DNA of 59,368 bases, from positions 1-59,368 of the forward strand of contig JBAUTD010000103.1 in assembly GCA_049582045.1 (NCBI GenBank), in the 5' to 3' direction. The DNA comes from Burkholderiales bacterium. GTDB lineage: Bacteria; Pseudomonadota; Gammaproteobacteria; Burkholderiales; SG8-39. The number at the start of each line of letters is the position of its first letter. Position 1 is the first letter of the stretch. Below, one piece after another: positions 1 through 9,137 of the stretch. The notes under the pieces are model-generated. The model was not told where the DNA came from. It searched no databases and worked only from the letters and a program-made list of their open reading frames with translations. The position numbers and the translations under genes were made by a program.

Positions 1-20
1 CGCCTGCACCCAAAGAGGCG

Positions 21-1256
21 GTGTCGGCGGATGCGGACCCCAGCATCAACTCGGGCGACACGGCGTGGATGATGACCTCCATGGCGCTTGTGCTGATGAT
101 GACGATCCCGGGCCTCGGGCTGTTCTACGGCGGCATGGTGCGAAAGAAGAACGTGCTGGCCACTCTGGCGCAGAGCTTCGTCGTCACCTGTCTGGTCACG
201 GTACTTTGGTTCATGATCGGGTACACGCTCGCGTTTACCGACGGCGGGTCGTTCGTCGGGGACTTGTCGCGAATGTTCCTGCACGGGATGGGCAAAACGA
301 CCGTGAGCGGCCTCTCGGGTGCGGTGCCCGAGTCGGTGTTCATGAGCTTCCAAATGACCTTCGCCATCATCACTCCGGCGCTGATCGCGGGTGCATTCGC
401 CGATCGGATGAAGTTTTCCGCGCTGCTGTGGTTCATGGGGCTGTGGCTGGTCTTTGTGTACTCGCCCATCGCTCACTGGGTATGGACCGGAAATGGCTGG
501 CTCGCCAAGATGGGCGCGCTCGACTTCGCTGGTGGCACGGTGGTGCACATCAACGCGGGCGTAGCGGGTCTGGTTTGTGCACTGGTGCTCGGAAAGCGGC
601 TCGGCTATGGCAAAGAGGTCATGGCACCGCACAACCTGGTGTTGACGATGATCGGGGCCTCCCTTCTATGGGTCGGCTGGTTCGGCTTCAACGCCGGATC
701 GGCGGTCAGCGCTGGCGGCCGCGCCGGAATGGCAATGACGGTGACGCAGATTGCCACCGCCACTGCAGCACTTGCCTGGATGTTTGCCGAGTGGATGGCG
801 AAGGGCAAGCCCAGCCTGCTGGGTATGTGCTCTGGCGCAGTAGCGGGCCTAGTCGCTATCACCCCGGCATCGGGTTTCGTCGATCCCATGGGGGCGTTCA
901 TTATCGGAATCGCCGGAGGAGTCATCTGTTTCTGGACCGCGACATACATGAAGAACATGCTTGGCTATGACGACTCGCTGGACGCTTTTGGCGTGCATGG
1001 CATCGGCGGGACAGTCGGGGCGATTCTCACCGGCGTGTTCGCGGTCAAGGCGATCGGCGGCACTGCGGGGATGCTCGAAGGAAACGGCGGGCAGGTATGG
1101 ACGCAGATCGTCGCCGTAGCGGGTGTTGCGGCCTACGATGCCATCGTCACGTTGATCATTCTCAAGTTGATCGACATGACCATCGGCTTGCGCGTAACAG
1201 AAGAGCAAGAGCGCGAAGGTCTCGACATTACCCAACACGGAGAACAGGTAGTCTGA
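21..1256 (+). CDS. amtB: Ammonium transporter (Amt family)
   Basis: 411-aa multi-TM ORF with Amt signatures in the translation (DFAGGTVVHINAG, FGVHGIGGTVGA). The frame stays open back to nt 3 and the GTG at 21 has a poorly spaced SD, so the true start (signal peptide) may lie upstream of the window. Confidence 0.88.
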   Translation: MSADADPSINSGDTAWMMTSMALVLMMTIPGLGLFYGGMVRKKNVLATLAQSFVVTCLVTVLWFMIGYTLAFTDGGSFVGDLSRMFLHGMGKTTVSGLSGAVPESVFMSFQMTFAIITPALIAGAFADRMKFSALLWFMGLWLVFVYSPIAHWVWTGNGWLAKMGALDFAGGTVVHINAGVAGLVCALVLGKRLGYGKEVMAPHNLVLTMIGASLLWVGWFGFNAGSAVSAGGRAGMAMTVTQIATATAALAWMFAEWMAKGKPSLLGMCSGAVAGLVAITPASGFVDPMGAFIIGIAGGVICFWTATYMKNMLGYDDSLDAFGVHGIGGTVGAILTGVFAVKAIGGTAGMLEGNGGQVWTQIVAVAGVAAYDAIVTLIILKLIDMTIGLRVTEEQEREGLDITQHGEQVV

Positions 1257-1261
1257 TCGGA

Positions 1262-1299
1262 CCCGCTACGTCGCCGCTCCCAACCGGCGGCGTAGCGGG
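1262..1299. other. Long stem-loop (about 15 bp stem with one G-U) between convergent amtB and marR-like genes
   Basis: cccgctacgtcgccg ... cggcggcgtagcggg inverted repeat read directly from the sequence. Confidence 0.5.
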
Positions 1300-1314
1300 C
1301 GAGCTCCAGGAAAG

Positions 1315-1340
1315 ACGGGCCCGGATCGGGCCCGTTTTTT
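1315..1340 (+). terminator. Rho-independent terminator downstream of amtB
   Basis: acgggcccg-gat-cgggcccgt hairpin followed by TTTTTT. An A-rich 5' flank gives weak bidirectional potential toward the convergent MarR gene. Confidence 0.65.
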
Positions 1341-1773
1341 ATGGATTCAGCTTCTCGAGCAGAGCAAAGAGCTGCCGCCGCTCATTCGCCGTAAGGCGGG
1401 CGGCGACGCGCCGTTCGTGCGCCTGGACGCGCCGCATGGCGCCCGCAAGGAAGCTACGTCCGGAGCGTGTCAGCCACAATCCGTTGGTGCGCCGGTCTTC
1501 ACCCCTTCGGCGCGCGATCAAGCCGCGAGTTTCCAGCTCGTCCAACACCGCAACCATCGTTGAGCGGTCGCGGCGGACCGCCTCTGCAAGTCGGCTCTGG
1601 GTCAGCCCGGGATTGGCGTCGATCAGCAACAGTATGCCCAGACGGCCAGGTGACAGTCCCTGCACGCTGTCGGCAAAATCCCTGAACACCGCCTGCTGGG
1701 CCAGGCGCAGCCGATACCCGATCAATCGCGGCAATACGCCCGGACGCAACGCCTTCGGTTCAGCCCGTTTCAT
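1339..1773 (-). CDS. MarR-family transcriptional regulator
   Basis: 144 aa with a winged-HTH MarR-like core (LTQSRLAEAVRRDRSTMVAVLDELETRGLIARR). Divergent from the CoA-ligase gene. Confidence 0.85.
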   Translation of the reverse strand: MKRAEPKALRPGVLPRLIGYRLRLAQQAVFRDFADSVQGLSPGRLGILLLIDANPGLTQSRLAEAVRRDRSTMVAVLDELETRGLIARRRGEDRRTNGLWLTRSGRSFLAGAMRRVQAHERRVAARLTANERRQLFALLEKLNP

Positions 1774-1932
1774 TGGCGATTGCCTTAATTAGTTGAATCC
1801 CCAAACAGTTTGACTGCTAAATGAAGGCGCAATAGCATCCTAAGGAAAGGAAGGCTCGTTCGCAATTTTTTCTAAGATGGGACAATTCCCGGTCTTCTCG
1901 ACCCGCGCTGCGGCGGAGTACGCTACCCGATC

Positions 1933-3468
1933 ATGAACGGAGCCGATTATCTGCTCGGGGCCGCGGCGCTGGCGCGCCACGGCGAGCGCGTGGCCCTGAT
2001 CTGCGGTGGCGAACAGATAACGTATGCGGAACTCGCGGCGCGCGTGCGGCGCGTGTCCGGCGCGCTCGCAGAGCTCGGAGTCGAGCCTGGAGACCGCATC
2101 ATGCTGCTCATGCGCGACACGCCGGATCTTGCCGCCGCGTGGCTCGGCTGCCTGTGGCGCGGCGCCGTTGCGATCGCTCTCAACAGCCAGCTCGACGAGG
2201 AGGACTACCGATTCGTGCGCTCCGACAGTGGCGCGCGGCTCGCAATCGTGGAAGACGTGCTTGCCGCGCGCTTGCCGCGTCTGGTCCAGGCCCTTGCACG
2301 CGAGCAGCGCGTCGTGATCGCCGGCAGCGCGCCAAGCGACCTCCCGTCCTGGGGCGAGACTACTGCCGACGCCGCCCCGGCACTAGAGGCGTTTGCGGCC
2401 AAACCGGAGGATGCAGCATTCTGGCTGTATTCGTCAGGCACCACGGGCCGGCCGAAAGGCATCATCCACACGCACAAGGATGTCATTCCTGCAGGCCAGA
2501 CGCTGCGTGAGACCATCGCCCTAGCGCCCAGCGAAAAGGTAATCGTGACTTCGCGCCTGTTCTTCGCATATGGGCTCGAGAACGGTCTGCTTGGCCCGCT
2601 TTCGATCGGCGCGACTTCCGTGTTGTGCGCAGACTGGTCCGATGTCGAGCAGGTATGTGCGCTGGTTGCGGAGCATCGGCCGAGCGGATTCTTCAGCGTT
2701 CCGTCGTTCTATCGCCGCCTGCTAGCGCTCGGCGAACGGGCGCTCGCGCCTTTCCGATCGGTGCGCTACTTCTTTGCTGCCGGCGAACGTCTTCCCGAGT
2801 CCATCGTCGAACACTGGCGGCACGCGGTAGGCGGCGAAATTCTTTCTGTCTATGGCATGTCGGAGACGTTCTGCGTCGCCATCGTTACGCCGCCCGGCAC
2901 ATCTAACGGCAAACGTACGGGAAAACCGCTCGCCGGAGTTCGGACCAGACTCGTGGCGCTCGAAGGTCACCCGGCAAAAATCGGTGAGCCCGGCGTGCTT
3001 TGGCTGCATCATCCCGCGCTTGCCCTAGGCTACGCAAACCGCAAGGAGCAGACGCGAGAGCAGTTCCTGGACGGATGGTTCTGCACCAAGGACGTGTTCG
3101 TGCAGGACGCCGACGGGTTCTATTCGCATCAGGGTCGCTCTGATGAGCTTGTCAAAGTCGCGGGCCAGTGGGTCAAGCCGAGCGAGCTTGAAGAAGCCGT
3201 CCTGGGCGAGAATGCGATCACCGAGGCAGTGTGCGTGCCTTTGGCCGATTCGGACGGGTTCGAGCGGCTTGCGCTGTTCCTCGCCACGGACGGCGATCCT
3301 CGGGAGGCGATAGACGCGGCAGCGAGAGCGTGCGAGGCGAAACTGCCCCGCCACAAACGCCCCAAGTGGATCCGAACCGTGGAAACCCTGCCCCGAACCG
3401 CCACCGGGAAGGTGCAACGCTTCAAGCTGCGTGAAATCCTGCAGCGCGAATTCGGCCGCAGGGAATAG
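1933..3468 (+). CDS. Aryl/benzoate-type CoA ligase (AMP-dependent synthetase family)
   Basis: 511 aa with AMP-binding motif WLYSSGTTGRPKGIIHTH and the C-terminal PRTATGKVQRFKLRE typical of benzoate/hydroxybenzoate-CoA ligases. Substrate unknown. Confidence 0.8.
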   Translation: MNGADYLLGAAALARHGERVALICGGEQITYAELAARVRRVSGALAELGVEPGDRIMLLMRDTPDLAAAWLGCLWRGAVAIALNSQLDEEDYRFVRSDSGARLAIVEDVLAARLPRLVQALAREQRVVIAGSAPSDLPSWGETTADAAPALEAFAAKPEDAAFWLYSSGTTGRPKGIIHTHKDVIPAGQTLRETIALAPSEKVIVTSRLFFAYGLENGLLGPLSIGATSVLCADWSDVEQVCALVAEHRPSGFFSVPSFYRRLLALGERALAPFRSVRYFFAAGERLPESIVEHWRHAVGGEILSVYGMSETFCVAIVTPPGTSNGKRTGKPLAGVRTRLVALEGHPAKIGEPGVLWLHHPALALGYANRKEQTREQFLDGWFCTKDVFVQDADGFYSHQGRSDELVKVAGQWVKPSELEEAVLGENAITEAVCVPLADSDGFERLALFLATDGDPREAIDAAARACEAKLPRHKRPKWIRTVETLPRTATGKVQRFKLREILQREFGRRE

Positions 3469-3513
3469 AATTCGCTCCTTCTCCTGAACGCCACCCGCCA
3501 CTTAGAGGACCGC

Positions 3514-4206
3514 ATGGCCTACGCAATTCCGCTTTGGACCCCCCCCTCGCTCCCGGTTTCTGGCTCAAACGACAGCTTTCCGGTACGCCGCATCTTCTGC
3601 GTTGGCCGCAACTACGTTGAGCATCAAAAGGAGATGGGCGGCGATGGCCGCGAGGCACCGTTCTTTTTCATCAAGTCGGCGCATTCGCTCGTTGCGCGGG
3701 GCAGCGACGTGCACTATCCGCCCAAGACGGCCAATTACCATTACGAGACCGAGATGGTGGTTGCGATCGGCAAGGGAGGGCGCCGTATCGATGCCGGCAA
3801 GGCAAACGAGCACGTCTTCGGCTACGGCGTGGGCCTCGACATGACGCGCCGCGACCTGCAGCAATGGGGCAAGGACCACGGTCGGCCATGGGATTTCGGC
3901 AAGGACTTCGACGAGGCGGCACCCTGCGGCGCACTGGCGCCTGCCTCCAGGATCGGACACCCCTCGAAGGGCGCGATCGTACTTGTGGTCAACGGCAAGG
4001 AACGCCAGAAGGCCGACCTATCGGACATGATCTGGTCGGTGCCAGAGCAGATCGCCTACCTTTCCGAGTACTACACGCTCGAGCCGGGCGACCTCATATT
4101 CTCCGGGACCCCGGCGGGCGTCGGACCGGTAAAGCCCGGAGACGAACTCGAGGCACGGGTCGATGGAGTGGGGGAACTCAAGGTGAAGATTGTCCCCGCG
4201 TTGTGA
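3514..4206 (+). CDS. Fumarylacetoacetate hydrolase-family protein (small FAH type; fumarylpyruvate-hydrolase-like)
   Basis: 230 aa with an FAH-fold C-terminal domain pattern (ETEMVVAIGK, DLIFSGTPAGVGPV). Its stop overlaps the next start (GTGA). Confidence 0.82.
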   Translation: MAYAIPLWTPPSLPVSGSNDSFPVRRIFCVGRNYVEHQKEMGGDGREAPFFFIKSAHSLVARGSDVHYPPKTANYHYETEMVVAIGKGGRRIDAGKANEHVFGYGVGLDMTRRDLQQWGKDHGRPWDFGKDFDEAAPCGALAPASRIGHPSKGAIVLVVNGKERQKADLSDMIWSVPEQIAYLSEYYTLEPGDLIFSGTPAGVGPVKPGDELEARVDGVGELKVKIVPAL

Positions 4207-4841
4207 AGCTTTATACCTATTTTCGCAGTTCGGCAGCGTTCAGAGTACGAATCGCGCTGAATTTGAAGAATCTGGCCTACGAGCCGCAGTTCGTGAATCT
4301 GGTGCGCGGCGAACACAGGCGGCTCGAGTACTCCGCACTCAACCCGCAGGCGCTGGTGCCCGCGCTTGTGGACGATGGGAGCTTGCTTACGCAGTCTCTC
4401 GCCATCATTGAATACCTGGAAGAGATGCACCCAAGCCCGCCGCTACTGCCCAATGATCCCCTCGGTCGCGCGCGGGTGAGGTCGCTCGCGCTGCTGGTCG
4501 CGTGCGAGATCCATCCGCTGAACAACCTGCGCGCCCTGCAGTACTTGGTCCACGAGCTCGGCCACAGCGAGGACGACAAGAACAAGTGGTACAAGCACTG
4601 GATTCACGACGGCATGGCGAAGCTCGAAGCCGATTTGACGCGCGGTGACGGAACGGGTCGGTTCTGCCACGGTGACGCGCCGACCCTTGCCGACTGTTGC
4701 TTGGTGCCTCAGGTTTTCAACGCTCAGCGCTACAACTGCGACTTGGCGCATGCTCCGACCGTGCTGCGCGTGTTTGGCGAATGCATGAGGCTCGACGCCT
4801 TCCAGCGCGCTCAGCCTTCGAGGCAGCCGGACGCAGAGTGA
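4203..4841 (+). CDS. maiA: Maleylacetoacetate/maleylpyruvate isomerase (zeta-class GST)
   Basis: The track ORF starts at 3864, but the conserved N-terminus begins at GTG 4203 (VKLYTYFRSSAAFRVRIALNLK, the zeta-GST SSxxxRVRIAL signature). This gives 212 aa and a 4-nt overlap with the FAH gene. Confidence 0.82.
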   Translation: MKLYTYFRSSAAFRVRIALNLKNLAYEPQFVNLVRGEHRRLEYSALNPQALVPALVDDGSLLTQSLAIIEYLEEMHPSPPLLPNDPLGRARVRSLALLVACEIHPLNNLRALQYLVHELGHSEDDKNKWYKHWIHDGMAKLEADLTRGDGTGRFCHGDAPTLADCCLVPQVFNAQRYNCDLAHAPTVLRVFGECMRLDAFQRAQPSRQPDAE

Positions 4842-4848
4842 TGCTGCG

Positions 4849-5565
4849 TTAGGAGTCGATCGCGTCCTGGGCGCGGCCCTTGTCGGTCAGGAAGGGCTCC
4901 ACCAGTAGCCGCAACCCTTCGCGCACGTATTGATCGAGCGAATAGCGCTTGCCAAGGGCCCAGTGCTTGAGCGCCCAGGCGTGGCAGAACATTACGTGGG
5001 AGTAGGCAAGAAGCTGCTCGTTCACCGGATGCATGTGGCCGGCCTCGACACAGGCTCTGATGCAGCCCTCAAGGATCCGGTTGGTGCGGGTTTCTCCCTC
5101 CATGATGAGGGTGCGCCGCTCGGCACGCAGGGACTTTGTCGAGCGGTAGGTCAGCAGCGTCGCGTCGCGCCAGCGATCGACGATCGTGCAGTAGGTCCGG
5201 ATCGCCTGGCAAAGCCGCTCGACCGGATGTTCGACACCCTCGAGCTGACGAGGGATCTCGTGTTCGTAGCTATCAAGCACCAACATCAGCGCGAGTAGCA
5301 GCACATCGTCCTTGTCGCGGAAATATTGGTACACCAGGCCCGTGCTAATTCCCGCCTCGCGCGCGATCTGCTGAATGGTCGTGGTGTAGTACCCCTGCGC
5401 GGAAAAGAGCTTCACCGCCGCACGAACGACCTGGCCGCGCCGCTCCTCGACCAGCCGCGGGTCGGATACCAGGCTCTCGACGTGGCCCGGGGCGCCGGCT
5501 TCGGCTGCAGGGGCGCGCGCGCCCGTCGGGCGGGCATGCCTGCGGGCCGCGCTTGCGCGGGGCAT
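4849..5565 (-). CDS. TetR-family transcriptional regulator
   Basis: 238 aa with the TetR HTH TIQQIAREAGISTGLVYQYF. Its ATG shares one base with the stop of the upstream enoyl-CoA hydratase gene (TGATG). Confidence 0.85.
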   Translation of the reverse strand: MPRASAARRHARPTGARAPAAEAGAPGHVESLVSDPRLVEERRGQVVRAAVKLFSAQGYYTTTIQQIAREAGISTGLVYQYFRDKDDVLLLALMLVLDSYEHEIPRQLEGVEHPVERLCQAIRTYCTIVDRWRDATLLTYRSTKSLRAERRTLIMEGETRTNRILEGCIRACVEAGHMHPVNEQLLAYSHVMFCHAWALKHWALGKRYSLDQYVREGLRLLVEPFLTDKGRAQDAIDS

Positions 5566-6383
5566 CAGTTGCCTTCGAATTGCGGCTTCTGCTTATTGAC
5601 GAAGGCGTTGTAGGCGCGCTCGAAGTCGCCAGTTTGCATGCAAATTGCCTGCGCTTCTGCTTCGGTCTCCAGCGCCTGCTCGATCGACAGGCTCCATTCC
5701 TGGTGCAGACACTTCTTTGTCATTGAGTGCGCGAACGCCGGTCCATGGGCGAGCGAGCGCGCCATTTCTTGCGCTCTCTCGAGCAACTTGGCGCTCGGAA
5801 CGATGCCATTGTAATAGCCCCATGCGAGGCCTTCCTCGGCACTCATGCTGCGGCCCGTGTAGAGCAATTCGGCGGCGCGCCCCTGGCCGATGATCCGCGG
5901 CAGGATCGCGCAGGCACCCATGTCGCAACCGGCGAGCCCGACCCGCACGAACAGAAAGGCGGTCTTGGACTCCGGTGTGCTGTAACGCAGGTCGCTCGCC
6001 ATGGTGATAATCGCCCCCGCGCCGGCGCAAATGCCATCGACTGCCGCGATGACCGGCTGTGGACAGGTACGCATCTCCTTGACCAGGTTTCCGGTCATGC
6101 GGGTGAAGTTCATCAGGCCCGGCATGTCCATCTTGACCAGCGGCCCGATGATGTCGTGAACGTCGCCGCCAGAGCAGAAATTTCCCCCCTCTCCCGTAAA
6201 TACCACGGCGCGTACGTCGTCCGCATATTGGAGCCTGTGAAACGTGTCCCTCAACTCGGCGTAGCTCTCGAAAGTAAGTGGGTTCTTGCGCTCTGGCCGG
6301 TTGAGGGTGATGGTGGCGACGCGGTCCGTAACCTGCCACTTGAAGTGCTGTGGACGCCAGTCGGCGGCTTTGAGTTTGTACAT
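5565..6383 (-). CDS. Enoyl-CoA hydratase/isomerase (crotonase family)
   Basis: 272 aa with a crotonase-fold pattern ([28 protein letters not shown]). Confidence 0.85.
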   Translation of the reverse strand: MYKLKAADWRPQHFKWQVTDRVATITLNRPERKNPLTFESYAELRDTFHRLQYADDVRAVVFTGEGGNFCSGGDVHDIIGPLVKMDMPGLMNFTRMTGNLVKEMRTCPQPVIAAVDGICAGAGAIITMASDLRYSTPESKTAFLFVRVGLAGCDMGACAILPRIIGQGRAAELLYTGRSMSAEEGLAWGYYNGIVPSAKLLERAQEMARSLAHGPAFAHSMTKKCLHQEWSLSIEQALETEAEAQAICMQTGDFERAYNAFVNKQKPQFEGN

Positions 6384-6414
6384 GTTGGCCTCTTGCGGTT
6401 GAGGGTGTGAGTCG

Positions 6415-7161
6415 TCATCCGACCATGGTCAAGCCGCCGCTTACCGATAGCACCTGGCCGGTGATGAAATCTGCGCGCGAGCTGGCGAAGAACAGCACCG
6501 CATCGGCGATCTCGGTCGGTTTGGCAAGGCGCTGCATCGGAGTCACGCGCACGAATGCCTCGCGATGCCGCTCGGGCACGGCGGCGAGCAGCGGCGTGTC
6601 GGTCGGACCGGGGCAGACGCAGTTGACATTGATGCTGAAGCGCGCCATTTCGCGCGCCAGCGACTTGGTGAACGCAATTGCGCCGCCCTTGGCGCCGGCA
6701 TACACGCTTTCACCGAGGCTACCGACACGCCCCGCATCGCTTGAAACAATTACGATTTTGCCGGCTTTGCGCTCGATCATCGGGTCGAGGAAAGCGCGCG
6801 TCACGGCGATCGGGCCAAGCAGGTTCAGATCGACAACCTTGCGCCAGAAATCAGGCGAGTTCTTTACGAACGGTTCGATCTTGCCCCATCCCGCCACGTT
6901 GATCACGATATCGACCTGCTTGCCGCGCGCGGCGATGGCGGCGCGGAAAGCCTCGATGGAGGCGAGGTCGGTGACGTCGAGCCGAACGAAGTCCGCGCCG
7001 GCCCCGCTGGCGCGGATCGCCTCGGCGGCTTCGTTGCCTTTGTCCTCGGCAATGTCGCCCAGTACCACGTGTGCGCCGGCTGCGGCGAGCGCCTCCGCCG
7101 TTGCCCGACCGATGCCGGACGCTGCCCCTGTGATGATCGCTGTCTTTGCGTCGACTCGCAT
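6415..7161 (-). CDS. Short-chain dehydrogenase/reductase (3-hydroxyacyl-CoA / 3-oxoacyl reductase-like)
   Basis: 248 aa with Rossmann motif [10 protein letters not shown] and catalytic YAGAKGG (YxxxK). Confidence 0.85.
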   Translation of the reverse strand: MRVDAKTAIITGAASGIGRATAEALAAAGAHVVLGDIAEDKGNEAAEAIRASGAGADFVRLDVTDLASIEAFRAAIAARGKQVDIVINVAGWGKIEPFVKNSPDFWRKVVDLNLLGPIAVTRAFLDPMIERKAGKIVIVSSDAGRVGSLGESVYAGAKGGAIAFTKSLAREMARFSINVNCVCPGPTDTPLLAAVPERHREAFVRVTPMQRLAKPTEIADAVLFFASSRADFITGQVLSVSGGLTMVG

Positions 7162-7184
7162 GGGATTTCCCTTGGGATAACTAT

Positions 7185-7216
7185 TGAATGATCATTCATT
7201 CAATATGCTTGGTCAA
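7185..7216 (-). promoter_or_regulatory. Putative promoter of the SDR-hydratase-TetR operon, overlapped by a perfect 14-bp palindrome (candidate TetR operator)
   Basis: On the minus strand: TTGACC (7216-7211), 17-nt spacer, GATCAT (7193-7188). The palindrome TGAATGATCATTCA at 7185-7198 sits 24 nt upstream of the SDR ATG in an AT-rich spacer. Confidence 0.4.
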
Positions 7217-7243
7217 GCACGTCGAATGCACGGCTACCGGGCT

Positions 7244-8056
7244 TCACTGCTGACCCCGGCTACGCAGCAGTGCACCGAACGGCCGGTCCACCTCGTCGAT
7301 GTGCCTAAAAAGCCAGTCCTGCAAGAAATGTGAGCTTTCACTTACGCTTCTGCTGTCCAGCTTGACCGTAAAGCGCATTAGCGCCTCAAGCAGGCGCCGA
7401 TGCTCGCCACGGTGGCGCTCCGCGCTTGCGCCCACTTCGTCCATCAGTCGCTCCTCGGTGGCGAAATGGTGCTCGGTATAGCGGACCAGCTCCCTGAGCG
7501 ACTCGACCAGCTTATCGAGGTCGCCGCCCGCGCTCAGCGCGTCCTGCAGGCGGTTGATGAGCTCGAGCAGGTGCCGGTGCTGCCCGTCAATCACTTCGAT
7601 CCCGACTTCGTAGCGGGGCCCCCACTGCACGCGCGCAGGCCGAGCGACGACCGGAGGGGGCGGCGCGGCGCGGCGCTGCCCGTGTCCGGTAATGTCGAAC
7701 AACGCGACGACGGTCGCGGGTCCGTCCGGCAGCGTCACGCGCGTGGCCGACAGTTCGACGTCGAACCGGCCGCCGTCGCCGCGCAGCGCCCGCAGCCCGA
7801 GCGCCACCTCGTCAGGCGAGGAAAGCGCTTGTGCAACCAGGTCGCGGTCCCGCTCGTCGATCAGAGCCCAGAAGGATGTCGGCATCGTGCCCTCTTCCAA
7901 CCCGAACATGCGGATGAGCGCCGGGCTCGCGTGCAACAATATGTCGCTTCGTACTACTCCTAGTGCGAGCAGGTTCGCCCCCACCAGTGCGTCGACGCAA
8001 GCGCTCTGAATCGCTGCATTCGGCGGACCAGGATCGAGCGGTTTGTGGTCGCTCAC
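7244..8056 (-). CDS. PAS-domain / hemerythrin-domain protein (no recognisable output domain)
   Basis: 270 aa. The C-terminal half carries all bacteriohemerythrin ligand motifs (IDGQHRHL, HFATEERLM, HRGEHRRL, WLFRHIDEVD). The N-terminal half is PAS-like (RGDGGRFDVELSATRV...ALFDITG). Confidence 0.75.
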   Translation of the reverse strand: MSDHKPLDPGPPNAAIQSACVDALVGANLLALGVVRSDILLHASPALIRMFGLEEGTMPTSFWALIDERDRDLVAQALSSPDEVALGLRALRGDGGRFDVELSATRVTLPDGPATVVALFDITGHGQRRAAPPPPVVARPARVQWGPRYEVGIEVIDGQHRHLLELINRLQDALSAGGDLDKLVESLRELVRYTEHHFATEERLMDEVGASAERHRGEHRRLLEALMRFTVKLDSRSVSESSHFLQDWLFRHIDEVDRPFGALLRSRGQQ

Positions 8057-8065
8057 GGCCGATCT

Positions 8066-8512
8066 CTACTGGCGGGCGCGAAACAGCATTTTCAGCTCAT
8101 CGCCGATCGGCTGACCCTTCATCGGTCCCCCGGGACCACCGACCCGACGCGTCCAGACTCGGGTTTCGGACCCCTCGGCAAGCAGCGTGCCGTCGTCGCG
8201 CATCACGCGATGCAATAGCACGAACGACTTGCCGCCCCAGCGCAGCACTCGCGACAGCACTTCACAGCGATCGCCGTGCACCGGCGACGCTCGGAACTCG
8301 CAATTCGCCGCAACCAGCGGCATTGCCAGATCCTCGGCGCGCATGCGCTTCACGTCATAGCCCACCTGGGCGAAGAAGTTCCAGGTCGCGGCGTCGAACC
8401 AGCGGAAATAGGTCGGATAGAAGATGATGCCTGCGGGATCGCAATCGCCCCAGTGGACTTCGCAGGCGAACTTGCCTTCGATTGACTCGAACTCGGCTTC
8501 GATCGTGTTCAC
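8066..8512 (-). CDS. Acyl-CoA thioesterase, 4HBT/YbgC-like hotdog fold
   Basis: The track ORF runs to 8653 and overlaps the rhodanese gene. The GTG at 8512 lies 4 nt after the rhodanese stop and gives 148 aa. Hotdog motif DCDPAGIIFYPTYFRWFD. Confidence 0.7.
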   Translation of the reverse strand: MNTIEAEFESIEGKFACEVHWGDCDPAGIIFYPTYFRWFDAATWNFFAQVGYDVKRMRAEDLAMPLVAANCEFRASPVHGDRCEVLSRVLRWGGKSFVLLHRVMRDDGTLLAEGSETRVWTRRVGGPGGPMKGQPIGDELKMLFRARQ

Positions 8513-8516
8513 GAGA

Positions 8517-8912
8517 TCAACATTGCTCCCACGGCAGACCTTCGAAGCGCCAGCCGGCGGTCGTGTTGCGCCGGTGCCGATCGTCGAGCTCGCCTTCGAA
8601 CCCGTGCAAGACGTTGTAGATCTTGGTGAACCCTGCGCGCTCGAGCGCCTCACCGGCTTCCTGCGAGCGGTTTCCGCTGCGGCAAATGAGCAGGATCGGG
8701 CGCCTCGTGTGATTGGTGCCGGCGAGCTTCTTCACTTGACCCGCGAAATGCGGATTGACTTCCCAGTCGGGGCCGTCGTTCCAGGCCACGTGCAGCGCTC
8801 CGACGGGATGCCCAACGAACAGGTACTCCATCTCGCTGCGGCAATCGATGAATAGCGCATCGGAGTTCTGATGGAGGAACTCATAGGCCTGCTTGGGTTC
8901 GAGGTGCTGCAT
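8517..8912 (-). CDS. Single-domain rhodanese (sulfurtransferase)
   Basis: Active-site loop CRSGNRS. I prefer ATG 8912 (131 aa) over the TTG at 8960 because a perfect TATAAT (minus strand, 8945-8940) lies inside the extended ORF, 27 nt upstream of ATG 8912. Confidence 0.72.
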   Translation of the reverse strand: MQHLEPKQAYEFLHQNSDALFIDCRSEMEYLFVGHPVGALHVAWNDGPDWEVNPHFAGQVKKLAGTNHTRRPILLICRSGNRSQEAGEALERAGFTKIYNVLHGFEGELDDRHRRNTTAGWRFEGLPWEQC

Positions 8913-9098
8913 GGCCGCGCTCGCTTTCTTGAGATCGGAATTATACGCCCGCACTTGCAAGTGGTTGACAGATCAGGGGTTCGGCAGGCAGACTACGATC
9001 CGGCGCCGATTTGATGTTCAGCTTGCGGGCGCCGAATCGCCGAACGGCGACGACAAAGAAATGCCGCTAAAGAGACGCGTGCCGCCCCGACGCCGAAG

Positions 9099-9137
9099 GC
9101 CCGTTTCCTGCGAAAGCTGAACGGGCTTTTTGTTTTT
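9099..9137 (+). terminator. Intrinsic terminator inside the metH 5' leader (attenuator or riboswitch expression platform)
   Basis: gcccgtt(9099-9105) pairs with aacgggc(9120-9126), followed by TTTTTGTTTTT (9127-9137), ending 11 nt before the metH ATG. There is no upstream + strand gene for it to terminate. Confidence 0.55.

Noticed and set aside
8893-9120. 75-aa + strand ORF in the metH leader
   Set aside because: It has no RBS and an Arg-rich composition, and it starts inside the rhodanese coding region on the opposite strand. The region is better explained as a structured leader RNA.
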